NCBI GenBank assembly: GCA_002687895.1
Contig: NZBL01000003.1
Span: 20,821-84,820 of the forward strand
Source: a bacterium
Lineage (GTDB): Bacteria; Patescibacteriota; Patescibacteriia; UBA2169
Reading direction: 5' to 3'
Length of the DNA stretch: 64,000 nt
Translations under genes and position numbers: made by a program
Notes under the pieces: model-generated
The model's input: only the letters and a program-made list of their open reading frames with translations
Told to the model about the DNA's origin: nothing
Databases searched by the model: none
In this document: piece after piece, positions 45,019 through 54,131 of the stretch
How the letters are laid out: every line of letters begins with the position of its first letter
Position numbering within the stretch: the first letter of the stretch is position 1

Positions 45019-46494
45019 TTATTTTGTCTTTAAAATAACAGACTTTGTCCATCTCCAATCCTCTGCAGTATATGCGCGCAAAAGCAACAAAAGCATTCCG
45101 TAGATGACAACAGCAATTGGAATCACAATCATGAATGAAAATTCCATCTTCATGTAATACACAGCAGTTCCCATTACTCCAGCCGCTATAATAAGCTTAA
45201 TAATGCCAAGAACAACATCGCGGTTAAATACTTTAATGATTTTTCGCGCGCGAATATAGCCTAGGATCACAATCAATACACTGCTGAATAATGCGCTATA
45301 TACTGCTCCCATAAATCCATAAATTGGAATAAGAATAAGATTTAAAGCGATAAATGTTACTAACTGAATTCCACGATTTATTGTAACCCCGCGCTCATTT
45401 CCTGTTGCATTAAGCAATGATCCAAATGGAAACTCAATATACAAGAACACAACCGCCCAAATCAATAACTGCAATGCCGCGATTGACCGAGTAAAGTCTG
45501 GCCAAACTTTTACTATTATCTGATCAGCCAATAAAAATATTCCAACTGCAATTGGAAGGGAAATCGTTAAAAGCAACTGAAATGTTCTGCTGAAAATGGA
45601 TTGCAAGCGCTCTTTTGACGCAACAGCATAATTGCTCATAGCTGGATACACTGCAGCTGTAATTGCTAAAGCAATAAATGGGAAAGTAAACACAACCTTT
45701 GCCGCAATGGCGTATAAACCTACTGCTTCATCTCCTATTATATTTTTGATTAGGATTGAATCAATTGTGTTATATGCTTTTATAAATCCAGCAGCTAAAA
45801 AGAAAGGAAAAGCTATTTTCATCCAATGCTTTATTAATTGCCAGTCAATATACGGCTTAAATGATATGTCTGTTTTCCTTCGCAATAAAGCATTTGAAAA
45901 AATAAGATGAAACAAGCTTCCAGTAAATATAACTAATAGCAAAGCGCGAAGATCTTGGGTTTTTGATATAACAAATAATCCAGTTGAAAATACTATAATC
46001 TGGAAAAGTGCTGTGCCTAATGATTCATAAAACAAATTTTGTTTTGATCGGAATATAGTATAAAAGTAAGCAGTAAACGCGTCCATGATCATGATCACGC
46101 TTGTTATTCCAAGCAAAGTCCAAAGCTTGGCATCATAACCAAGTATAAATGCTGTTGAATGAAGGACAATAAGCGCTACAACTGCCAATCCCATGCGGAT
46201 TGTGAAAAAAGTTCTAAAATTCTTTTTTTGATTTTCCGCGTCCTGGCTAAAATTGCGAATTGCCATTGGAACAAATCCAAAATCAACCACTAAACTAAAG
46301 AACGCGGCAAATGATAAAACAAATACATAAGTTCCAAGCTGTTCTGGGCCTAAAGCGCGCGCAACAATAGTAAAATACGTAAAAGACAAAATCTTCTGAA
46401 ATATCAATGCGCTGGTATATACTGCTCCTGATCTTGCTACTTTTTTTGGATTATGTGCTTTATTCATGCATATAGTATGCCATATTTTAATCAA
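45019..46494 (-). CDS. Wzx-like oligosaccharide flippase / polysaccharide biosynthesis protein (MOP superfamily)
   Basis: 491 aa, about 14 TMs; N-terminus VARSGAVYTSALIFQKILSFTYFTIVARALGPEQLGTYVFVLSF typical of Wzx-type flippases. Confidence 0.6.
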   Translation of the reverse strand: MIKIWHTICMNKAHNPKKVARSGAVYTSALIFQKILSFTYFTIVARALGPEQLGTYVFVLSFAAFFSLVVDFGFVPMAIRNFSQDAENQKKNFRTFFTIRMGLAVVALIVLHSTAFILGYDAKLWTLLGITSVIMIMDAFTAYFYTIFRSKQNLFYESLGTALFQIIVFSTGLFVISKTQDLRALLLVIFTGSLFHLIFSNALLRRKTDISFKPYIDWQLIKHWMKIAFPFFLAAGFIKAYNTIDSILIKNIIGDEAVGLYAIAAKVVFTFPFIALAITAAVYPAMSNYAVASKERLQSIFSRTFQLLLTISLPIAVGIFLLADQIIVKVWPDFTRSIAALQLLIWAVVFLYIEFPFGSLLNATGNERGVTINRGIQLVTFIALNLILIPIYGFMGAVYSALFSSVLIVILGYIRARKIIKVFNRDVVLGIIKLIIAAGVMGTAVYYMKMEFSFMIVIPIAVVIYGMLLLLLRAYTAEDWRWTKSVILKTK

Positions 46495-46496
46495 AA

Positions 46497-46524
46497 GAGC
46501 ATCCTTGCGGATGCCCTTTAAAAA
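46497..46524 (-). terminator. Terminator hairpin after rpsI
   Basis: gagcatcc-ttgc-ggatgccc with a flanking A/T run. Confidence 0.5.
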
Positions 46525-46953
46525 TTATCGCTTGCTCCATTGCGGAGCTCGTCTTGCGCGCTTTAAGCCTGGCTTTTTGCGCTCCTTAACTCTGCGATCT
46601 ACTGTAATAAGCCCCGCTCCCCTTAATACTGGCCTTAAATCAGCATCATGCTTAAGTAATGCCCGCGCTACTGCCAAGCTTACTGCTTGTGCTTGGCCTT
46701 TTTCTCCGCCGCCTGATACGCGCACATTAATATCATAATTCTTGTCTTCTATTTTCTGCATTGCCAAGCGCGCCATATCAATTAAATCAGCCCTAGAAAA
46801 ATAATCAGAAACATCTTTTTTGTTCACTACAAACTGGCCTTTGCCCCTTACATAAAGCTGGGCAACAGCGCTGGAGGATTTTCTGCGTCCTAGTCCGCGA
46901 ATATATTTGCGCCCTTCAAAAGGATTTTTTTCTTTTTTCTCAACTTTTTCCAT
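46525..46953 (-). CDS. rpsI: 30S ribosomal protein S9
   Basis: 142 aa; C-terminus ...RRAPQWSKR. Confidence 0.9.
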   Translation of the reverse strand: MEKVEKKEKNPFEGRKYIRGLGRRKSSSAVAQLYVRGKGQFVVNKKDVSDYFSRADLIDMARLAMQKIEDKNYDINVRVSGGGEKGQAQAVSLAVARALLKHDADLRPVLRGAGLITVDRRVKERKKPGLKRARRAPQWSKR

Positions 46954-46954
46954 A

Positions 46955-47308
46955 TTAGGTTTCAGCCTTAATAGTTAATCTCTTAATCATTTCGCGGCGC
47001 AAAGAATTTTTAGGAAGCATTCCCATAACAGCTTTTCGCAATACTTCATTTGGCCTGCGAGACATTAATGATCCCAAAGTTTCGCTTTTTAACGCCCCAA
47101 CCCTGGTAGTTGGAGAATAATATCTTTTTTGCTCAAGCTTGTTTCCGGTAATTTTTACCTTTTTAAAATTAGTTACCACAACAGATCCGCCTTGGTCTTT
47201 ATATGGCACATAATTGGCCTTATCCTTGCCCATTAGAATATGAGCAGCCTGCGCCGCCACTCTGCCGAGCGAGATTCCTTCTGCATCAATTGTGGTTGCC
47301 TTATTCAT
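46955..47308 (-). CDS. rplM: 50S ribosomal protein L13
   Basis: 117 aa; GRVAAQAAHILMGKDK ... AVMGMLPKNSL. Confidence 0.9.
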   Translation of the reverse strand: MNKATTIDAEGISLGRVAAQAAHILMGKDKANYVPYKDQGGSVVVTNFKKVKITGNKLEQKRYYSPTTRVGALKSETLGSLMSRRPNEVLRKAVMGMLPKNSLRREMIKRLTIKAET

Positions 47309-47309
47309 A

Positions 47310-47660
47310 TTAAATTAATGATATTACAGCTTTCTGTCCACTGTCGCCTGCGCGCGTTCCAGTTCTTCGGATAGAAGTATATCCGCCTTTTCGCTCTTTA
47401 TACTTTGGCCCAATCACTTCAAAAAGCTTTTTAATAGCGTTCTTGTGGCTGAGCTTTGTATCTGCTTTTCTGCGCGCTGAAACCGAGTCCTCGCTAGCAA
47501 GAGTAATTAATCGCTCCGCATATGGGCGAAGAGCCTTTGCTTTTGCTAATGTTGTTTCTATTTTTTCATGCAAAAACAAGCTAGTCGCAAGCTGGCTTAC
47601 AAGCTCTTTTCTATGGGTTGGCTTTCTTCCTAAATGAATTTTAGAGCTTCTGTGCCTCAT
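47310..47660 (-). CDS. rplQ: 50S ribosomal protein L17
   Basis: MRHRSSKIHLGRKPTHRKELV...; start taken at the internal ATG 47660, which abuts the rpoA stop. Confidence 0.85.
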   Translation of the reverse strand: MRHRSSKIHLGRKPTHRKELVSQLATSLFLHEKIETTLAKAKALRPYAERLITLASEDSVSARRKADTKLSHKNAIKKLFEVIGPKYKERKGGYTSIRRTGTRAGDSGQKAVISLI

Positions 47661-47661
47661 A

Positions 47662-48459
47662 TTATTCTTTGTCCTTATCTTCTTCTTTTGCTTCAGATTC
47701 ACCAGACTCATCTTCATCTTTTGCGGGCTCATCAGTATTTTCTGAAATGTCTTCTTCTTCGCCTATATTTTCAAAATCGCTTATTAAGTTAAAATGATCA
47801 GCTAAAATTTTAGCAGACTGCTTAATCGCTTCCTCTATGGTTATTGTTCCATTAGATTCAATCTCCATGGTTACTTTGTCATAATCAGTTCGCGCGCCTT
47901 TTCTAACATTATCCACCTCATATCCAACCTGCACTATAGGAGTAAAAATAGTATCAATAGCGATCGCGTTCACGTCCAGCTCCTCCTTTTCCCTGGATTC
48001 AATTGTTACATAACCCCTTCCTGTTCTTACCCAAAGCGTCATTTCAATAGACGCTGCTTTATCTGTTAATGTCATAATAACCTGATCTGGATTAGCTATT
48101 TCTATGTCTGCGTTTTTTTCAATATTACCGGCTGTTAAAACTTTTTCACCTTCTGCTTTAAGGGTCAGCTGAACTGGCTCGTCTGTGTGGCTTGTTAAGT
48201 TAACGCGCTTTAAATTCAAGGAAATATCAACCACATCTTCTTTTACATGGTCAATAGAAGTAAACTCATGAGTGGTGCCTTTTATCTTGAAAGCGAATAT
48301 AGCGGCCCCAGGCAAAGAAGAAAGCAAAACTCTTCGTAAAGAATTTCCAACTGTTGGGCCATATCCTGGATACAATGGCTCAATAATTAAAGTTGCCTTG
48401 TTTTCGTTTTCAGCATCTTTATCAATGGATACTTTTTTTGGAAGCGGGATAGATTCCAT
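47662..48459 (-). CDS. rpoA: DNA-directed RNA polymerase alpha subunit, N-terminal domain only, with an acidic C-terminal tail (no recognisable alpha-CTD)
   Basis: 265 aa; LIIEPLYPGYGPTVGNSLRRVLLSSLPGAAI; C-terminus EEEDISENTDEPAKDEDESGESEAKEEDKDKE; stop abuts the rplQ start. Confidence 0.85.
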   Translation of the reverse strand: MESIPLPKKVSIDKDAENENKATLIIEPLYPGYGPTVGNSLRRVLLSSLPGAAIFAFKIKGTTHEFTSIDHVKEDVVDISLNLKRVNLTSHTDEPVQLTLKAEGEKVLTAGNIEKNADIEIANPDQVIMTLTDKAASIEMTLWVRTGRGYVTIESREKEELDVNAIAIDTIFTPIVQVGYEVDNVRKGARTDYDKVTMEIESNGTITIEEAIKQSAKILADHFNLISDFENIGEEEDISENTDEPAKDEDESGESEAKEEDKDKE

Positions 48460-48478
48460 ATGTTTATAAAAATTATTA

Positions 48479-49102
48479 TTATCTTGAATAAAATTCTACA
48501 ATGCGCCTAACATCTATAAGCGCTTTTGGCTCGTCTACATCTGGCTCTGCCACGACTTTTGCCTGCGTGTCTTTCTTGGAAAGCCAACTTGCGGTAGATC
48601 TATCAAGCTCTTTTAGCTTCTCAATTAATGTTGGACTTTTTGCTATGCTTTCTTTTATTGAAACAGTGGCCCCTACAGGAACCTGCGTAGAAGGAGTGGT
48701 AGATTTTTTGCCATTAACCAATATATGCCCATGGCTCACCATTTGCCTGGCAGCGGGCCTGGTTTTGGCAAATCCTAATCTATACACTATATTATCCAAT
48801 CTTCGCTCTAGCATTGTAAGCATTGCCTCTCCAGTGTCTCCTTCTGAATTAATTGCTTTTTTGTAGTAGTTTCTAAATTGCTTTTCCAATACGCCATACA
48901 TGCGCTTTGCTTTCTGCTTTTCGCGCAGCTGAACACCATAGTTGGTAACCTTGATTCGCATGGCGCGCGGACCATGAACTCCAGGCTGATAGCCTTTTCT
49001 TGTTAAAGGGGATTTCGCTGTTCCAGCCTTGTCTAAGTCTGGATGCAAATCAACTCCTTCTCTGCGCGAACGCTTGTATTTTGGGGTTAAATCTCTAGCC
49101 AT
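48479..49102 (-). CDS. rpsD: 30S ribosomal protein S4
   Basis: 207 aa; MARDLTPKYKRSRREGVDL..., S4 domain. Confidence 0.9.
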   Translation of the reverse strand: MARDLTPKYKRSRREGVDLHPDLDKAGTAKSPLTRKGYQPGVHGPRAMRIKVTNYGVQLREKQKAKRMYGVLEKQFRNYYKKAINSEGDTGEAMLTMLERRLDNIVYRLGFAKTRPAARQMVSHGHILVNGKKSTTPSTQVPVGATVSIKESIAKSPTLIEKLKELDRSTASWLSKKDTQAKVVAEPDVDEPKALIDVRRIVEFYSR

Positions 49103-49105
49103 AAT

Positions 49106-49555
49106 TTATACTCTCCTTGGTTTGCGCGCTCTTGGGCCGTTATGCGGAACTGGTGTTCTATCTTTTATGGATTGGATCTGAATCCCTAATCCGCTTAGCC
49201 CGCGGACTGCGGCGTCTCTTCCCATTCCCACTCCTTTTATAATTACGTCAACTTCGCTTAGTCCTGACTGCTTTACAAAATCAGCTAATCCTCTAACAAC
49301 AATTCCGGCCGCATATGGAGTGGATTTTTTAGGGCCTTTGAATCCTGCTTTGCCAGAGCTGGCCCATGCCATAATATTTCCAGATTGGTCTGCAATAGAA
49401 ACCATTGTGTTGTTATATGTTGAATTAATATAAGCAACTCCTTTTTTAAGGGATATCTTAGATTTCTTCTTTTTCTTTTTAACAGAAAGCTTGTTCTCGC
49501 TTTCAGGAACAGATTGGGGCGATTCAGATTGGGCTTTTGTATCTTGATCTGGCAT
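49106..49555 (-). CDS. rpsK: 30S ribosomal protein S11
   Basis: 149 aa; C-terminal ...DRTPVPHNGPRARKPRRV; K-rich N-terminal extension. Confidence 0.9.
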   Translation of the reverse strand: MPDQDTKAQSESPQSVPESENKLSVKKKKKKSKISLKKGVAYINSTYNNTMVSIADQSGNIMAWASSGKAGFKGPKKSTPYAAGIVVRGLADFVKQSGLSEVDVIIKGVGMGRDAAVRGLSGLGIQIQSIKDRTPVPHNGPRARKPRRV

Positions 49556-49564
49556 ATAAAATTA

Positions 49565-49960
49565 TTAGGTCTTTTGAGCAGCAGGCTTTTTGCCGCTTGT
49601 GGTTGTTTTTCTAATATTTCCGCGGACAGTTCTAGAATTAGTTTTGGTTCTTTGCCCGCGAACAGGCATATGCTTTGCGTGCCGCATGCCTCTCCATGTT
49701 CCAATCTCGCGCAAGCGCTTAATATTAGCGTGAACAGACCGCGCTAGCTCTCCTTCTAAAAGCGATCCTTGCTTGTCTATAATCTGCCTGATTCTGTTTA
49801 CTTCTTCTTCTGTTAAATCTTTTCCTCTTTTTTGCACGTCAATATCAGCTTCTTTAAGCAATTTTTCACTTAAGCTTTTTCCTATTCCATTTATAGTGGT
49901 TAAGCCTATTACTATTCTTTTGTTGTCTGGAAGATTAACTCCAGCTATTCTTGCTGACAT
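49565..49960 (-). CDS. rpsM: 30S ribosomal protein S13
   Basis: 131 aa; MSARIAGVNLPDNKRIVIGLTTINGIG. Confidence 0.9.
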   Translation of the reverse strand: MSARIAGVNLPDNKRIVIGLTTINGIGKSLSEKLLKEADIDVQKRGKDLTEEEVNRIRQIIDKQGSLLEGELARSVHANIKRLREIGTWRGMRHAKHMPVRGQRTKTNSRTVRGNIRKTTTSGKKPAAQKT

Positions 49961-49969
49961 AATGTATTA

Positions 49970-50083
49970 TTATCCCTGCCTTTGCTTATGCTTTGGATTT
50001 CTGCAAATCACAACCAAGCGCCCTTTTCGGCGAACAACCTTGCAGTCTCTGCATATTGGTTTTACAGAAGATCTAACTTTCAT
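49970..50083 (-). CDS. rpmJ: 50S ribosomal protein L36
   Basis: Manual translation of the minus strand: [37 protein letters not shown] (C-x2-C-x12-C-x4-H zinc ribbon); below the ORF-track size cut-off. Confidence 0.85.
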   Translation of the reverse strand: MKVRSSVKPICRDCKVVRRKGRLVVICRNPKHKQRQG

Positions 50084-50089
50084 AATAAT

Positions 50090-50440
50090 TTAATAACGAT
50101 ATGTAATTCTACCCTTTGTGGTGTCATATGGGCTCATTTCTATTTTAACCTTGTCAAAAGGCAATAGCCTTATCTTGTGCATTCTCATTCTTCCGGAAAG
50201 ATGAGCCAAAATCTCATGCCCGTTTTCCAGCTCTACCTTGAATGTGGCATTTGGAAGAAGCTCTAAAACCTGGCCTTCCAGCTCTATAAACCCTTTTTTA
50301 TTAACGCTAAATCCCTCTGGCTGATCCGAAGCTGTTGGTTCAGTCTGAGGAGTTTTAGAAATGTTTGATTCTGGAGCTTTGTTGCTCTTCTTCTTGTTGC
50401 TCTTGTATGGTTTTGATTTGGGCTTGTAGGCCATGATCAA
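50090..50440 (-). CDS. infA: Translation initiation factor IF-1 with an unusual ~45-aa Lys-rich N-terminal extension (true start uncertain)
   Basis: C-terminal 70 aa [62 protein letters not shown] match IF-1; no internal Met near the usual start. Confidence 0.8.
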   Translation of the reverse strand: MIMAYKPKSKPYKSNKKKSNKAPESNISKTPQTEPTASDQPEGFSVNKKGFIELEGQVLELLPNATFKVELENGHEILAHLSGRMRMHKIRLLPFDKVKIEMSPYDTTKGRITYRY

Positions 50441-50538
50441 GACAAAATATAAACAATTTAAGAGTTTTTTCTCTTAAATAATACTTTTATTTATATTATA
50501 TTTTACTGTTATATTCGCAATATATAAGTATGATTATA

Positions 50539-51972
50539 CTAATATAGTTCTGATTTTGTGTCAATAGTTGCAATATTCCTTGCAACTTGATCTACATTCC
50601 CTGCTCCCATGATTATGGCCACATCTTCTGGCTTAATTTTTTCTTTAAGCATTGATTCAGCAGACGCGAGATCGGGAGTATATTCAACTAGTTTTGATGG
50701 TGAGCTTTTTTTGATCGCATTAACCAGATCTTTTGAAGATGCTTTTTGATCAGATTTTGTTGTCCTTCCTGCTACATCATAAATCTCGCTAACGATGACT
50801 TCATCTGCTTCATTAAATGATTCAACAAAATCATCAAACAAATTCTTTGTGCGGTTATGCTGGTGCGGTTCAAACAAAACTATGATTCTGTTAAATGGAT
50901 ACCACTGGCGAGCTGCTTTTAAAGTTGCCTTAATTCCATCTGGATGATGAGCATAATCAGAAACAATCAATGCCTTGTTATATTCCCCAACCAGCTCAAA
51001 TCTTCTCCAAGTGCCTTTGAACTTTCCAAGCAGTTTTATTATTTTATCCTTTTTAATGTCTGCTAAATCTGCGGCAATTGCGGCAGTGATCGCGTTTGCC
51101 ATGTTATGCTCTCCGGGCAGATGATATTCTACATGGCCCCAGTCTTCTTTATCGCTGACAATATTAAATCCAATATTGCCCAGCCATGTGTTAGTTCCTG
51201 AAGTTACTATTACTCCTGCGCTGCGAACTCCTGTACTGCCTCCAATTCCAAATTTAATAAGATTGTTATGCTTAATAGAAATCTTGTTCAAGTTCTTGTC
51301 ATCGCGATTAATTATTATCGCCCCTTCACCAGGAACTGAATCTACCCATTTCTGGAAATGAGAAATAATATCATTTATATCTTTATAATAATCAAGGTGA
51401 TCTGCTGCAATATTGGTTATTACTGCTATAAAAGGCTTATACTCAAGCATTTTAGCGGCATATTCATCTGCTTCTATAACCAGCCAATCTGTGTTTCCGA
51501 TTCTAATATTGGAATTCCACTGCAAAACGCGGGTGCCCACTACCACAGTTGGATCAAGCCCAGCTTGTTCCATAATAAATCCAAGTATTGCTGTTGTTGT
51601 GCTTTTTCCGTTTGTTCCGCTTACTGCGATAACTTTTTTATCTTTTGCGAATTTACCCCAAAACTGCGAGCCATTTAACTGCTTTATATTTTTCTCTTTT
51701 GCTTGAGTTCTAATAACGTCGTCCTCTTTAACTGCTTCTGAATATATTACTAAATCAACATCATCTGGCAATGATGTTTTATCATGAATGATAATATCCG
51801 CGCCCATTGATTCCAGCTCTGTTGTGATATCTGATTCAACCAAATCAAAACCGCTCACTTTAACTTTGTGATGTAAAAATAATTTAGCAATAGCAGAAAT
51901 GCTTATTCCGCCGATTCCAATGAGATAAATGTGTTTGTATTTACTTAAATCCATAAGCTTGAATAATTTCAA
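50539..51972 (-). CDS. murC: UDP-N-acetylmuramate--L-alanine ligase
   Basis: 477 aa; IYLIGIGGISISAIAKLF, VSGTNGKSTTTAIL. Confidence 0.85.
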   Translation of the reverse strand: MKLFKLMDLSKYKHIYLIGIGGISISAIAKLFLHHKVKVSGFDLVESDITTELESMGADIIIHDKTSLPDDVDLVIYSEAVKEDDVIRTQAKEKNIKQLNGSQFWGKFAKDKKVIAVSGTNGKSTTTAILGFIMEQAGLDPTVVVGTRVLQWNSNIRIGNTDWLVIEADEYAAKMLEYKPFIAVITNIAADHLDYYKDINDIISHFQKWVDSVPGEGAIIINRDDKNLNKISIKHNNLIKFGIGGSTGVRSAGVIVTSGTNTWLGNIGFNIVSDKEDWGHVEYHLPGEHNMANAITAAIAADLADIKKDKIIKLLGKFKGTWRRFELVGEYNKALIVSDYAHHPDGIKATLKAARQWYPFNRIIVLFEPHQHNRTKNLFDDFVESFNEADEVIVSEIYDVAGRTTKSDQKASSKDLVNAIKKSSPSKLVEYTPDLASAESMLKEKIKPEDVAIIMGAGNVDQVARNIATIDTKSELY

Positions 51973-53002
51973 TCATGCGCTCTCTAGCGCCTTGTTTCAT
52001 AAGTTCGCGAATATTTTTAGAAAGTTTTTCACGCTCATCTTTGTTTTGAAGAAGCTCTTGAACTTTTTGGATAAGATGAACATCCAGCTGGTCTTGGCGA
52101 TATACTAATGCGGCATGCTCATCTAAAATATAAAAAGCATTGTCCTCTTGATGCGTACCAGGCATTGGAATAATAATGCTTGGCTTTGCTAAATAAGCAA
52201 GCTCAGTTAAGGTAGAGATCCCAGCGCGGCTGATTACTAAATCGCTTGCAACCAAAACATGAAACATATCACCCCCTAAAAATTCAATTTGATGGTAATT
52301 TTCCAGCTTAATTTCTGGTTTAGATTTATTATTGCCAGTTAAATGAATAATATTTGCCTTTGGGCTTATTTGATTTATATTATCCCATACCCATTTGTTT
52401 AATGAATCTGCTCCACTGCTTCCTCCTGTAATCAAAAGCGTTGGCAGATCAGAATTTAAATGAAATTTGCCTTTGGCAGCTTCCGCGTTTCCTTTTGTTA
52501 ATGAATTTCGCACAGGATTTCCAATATATTCTGTTTTTTCTTTTGGATAATCTTGCAAAGATTTTTTAAAGCTAATAGTTATCCTGCTGGCGCACCAGCT
52601 AGTCAGCTTGTTGGATAATGTAGGCCTAATATCCTGCTGGTGAATAATAATTTTCTTGCGGAAAATCCAACTAGCCCAAATTACAGGCACGCTCACGAAC
52701 GATCCCGCGCTTACAACAATATCCGGCTTTATTGCTGATATAATTAAAATGCTCCGCAAAAATGCAGCTATCAAAAGAATCGGGTCAATCAAAATATGCA
52801 GGCTTAGATATCTGCGCAATTTAGCAATAGGAAGCCACTCATAGCTTATTCCCAAGGACTGCACAACTTTTTTTTCTATTCCGCTTTTTGTGCCAACCCA
52901 AAACCATTCCCAATTTTTGCCTTGTTTTTGGGCTTCTTCAAAAATCGCAATTAGCGGATTAACTGATCCAAGAGTTCCGCCGCCTGTTAAAAGTATCTTC
53001 AT
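51941..53002 (-). CDS. murG: UDP-GlcNAc:lipid I GlcNAc transferase MurG
   Basis: 353 aa; KILLTGGGTLGSVNPLIAI, GGSSGADSLN. Confidence 0.85.
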   Translation of the reverse strand: MKILLTGGGTLGSVNPLIAIFEEAQKQGKNWEWFWVGTKSGIEKKVVQSLGISYEWLPIAKLRRYLSLHILIDPILLIAAFLRSILIISAIKPDIVVSAGSFVSVPVIWASWIFRKKIIIHQQDIRPTLSNKLTSWCASRITISFKKSLQDYPKEKTEYIGNPVRNSLTKGNAEAAKGKFHLNSDLPTLLITGGSSGADSLNKWVWDNINQISPKANIIHLTGNNKSKPEIKLENYHQIEFLGGDMFHVLVASDLVISRAGISTLTELAYLAKPSIIIPMPGTHQEDNAFYILDEHAALVYRQDQLDVHLIQKVQELLQNKDEREKLSKNIRELMKQGARERMIEIIQAYGFK

Positions 53003-53006
53003 AAGC

Positions 53007-54131
53007 TTACACCTTACTCCTTTTTGAGATATTCAACAAGATGCCTATTGAGACAAGGGTTACTATAAGAGAGCTGCTTCCATAGCTCATTAAAGGCAAA
53101 GTTAGCCCAGTTAAAGGCAATACTCCAAGCATTGCGCCTATATTTACAAACGCCTGCAATACAATCCAAGTGCCTATTCCAATTGCTGCGAGCTTTCCAA
53201 ACATATCTGTAGAGCGTTTGGCAACTTGAAAGCTCTTCCAAAAAAACATCACAAAAAGAACAATAACTAAAACGCTAAAAACAAACCCAAGCTCTTCCGC
53301 GATTATGGCGAAAAGCGAATCTCCTGTTACTTCTGGAAGGTAAAAAAATTTCTGCCGAGAATGGCCAAGCCCCAAGCCTAATATTCCTCCGCTTCCAACT
53401 GCCAGCAATGCCTGGTTGATATGATACCCAGCGCCTTGAGGATCTGCCGCAGGATTTAAAAAAGCTATTAAGCGCGACAAGCGATATGGAGCAGATGCAA
53501 TAGCAGTAACAACTGCGACTGCTCCTGCCACAACCAGCACCAGCATATGCTTAATGCTTGCTCCTCCCACAAAATACATAACAAAAGCTATCATTGCTAT
53601 AATTATTAAAGTGCCCAAATCCGGCTGCCTAAGAATTAAAAACCCAATTACTCCTAAAACAGCTACAAATGGAATTAATCCAGTATATGTATCTTGTATT
53701 TCCCTGCGTCCACGCTCGCTTAGCCATGCTGCCATATATAGTATTAAAGTTAGCTTAACTAATTCGCTTGGCTGAAATCCAAATACTCCAAGATCAATCC
53801 ATCTTTGAGCTCCTTGTCCGCTAGCGCCGACCCCAGGCATAAGAACCACTATCAACAGAGCTATGCTTGCTAATAAAAGAAAAAAGGACCACCTTTGCCA
53901 AAAATGATAATCAATTTTGTAGATAACATAAGCCCCAATTAATCCTATTACAAGCCCTATAAGCTGGCGCTTAATAAAAAAATTAGCATCTCCAAATCTT
54001 TCCAATCCAACTGCCACAGAAGCGGAAAACAGCATAACCAAGCCAAATAAAATAATAAGTCCGCTAATTAATAAAACAGATTTATCAGCAAGAAATTTTT
54101 TTTGTTTTAATCTATTTCTTAGTGGAGTCAT
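53007..54131 (-). CDS. ftsW: SEDS-family peptidoglycan glycosyltransferase (FtsW by dcw context; RodA not excluded)
   Basis: 374 aa, 10 TMs, SEDS motifs; sits between murD and murG. Confidence 0.75.
   Translation of the reverse strand: MTPLRNRLKQKKFLADKSVLLISGLIILFGLVMLFSASVAVGLERFGDANFFIKRQLIGLVIGLIGAYVIYKIDYHFWQRWSFFLLLASIALLIVVLMPGVGASGQGAQRWIDLGVFGFQPSELVKLTLILYMAAWLSERGRREIQDTYTGLIPFVAVLGVIGFLILRQPDLGTLIIIAMIAFVMYFVGGASIKHMLVLVVAGAVAVVTAIASAPYRLSRLIAFLNPAADPQGAGYHINQALLAVGSGGILGLGLGHSRQKFFYLPEVTGDSLFAIIAEELGFVFSVLVIVLFVMFFWKSFQVAKRSTDMFGKLAAIGIGTWIVLQAFVNIGAMLGVLPLTGLTLPLMSYGSSSLIVTLVSIGILLNISKRSKV

Noticed and set aside
49285-49704. 139-aa ORF overlapping rpsK/rpsM in another frame
   Set aside because: Fully embedded in highly conserved ribosomal protein genes; no independent signals.
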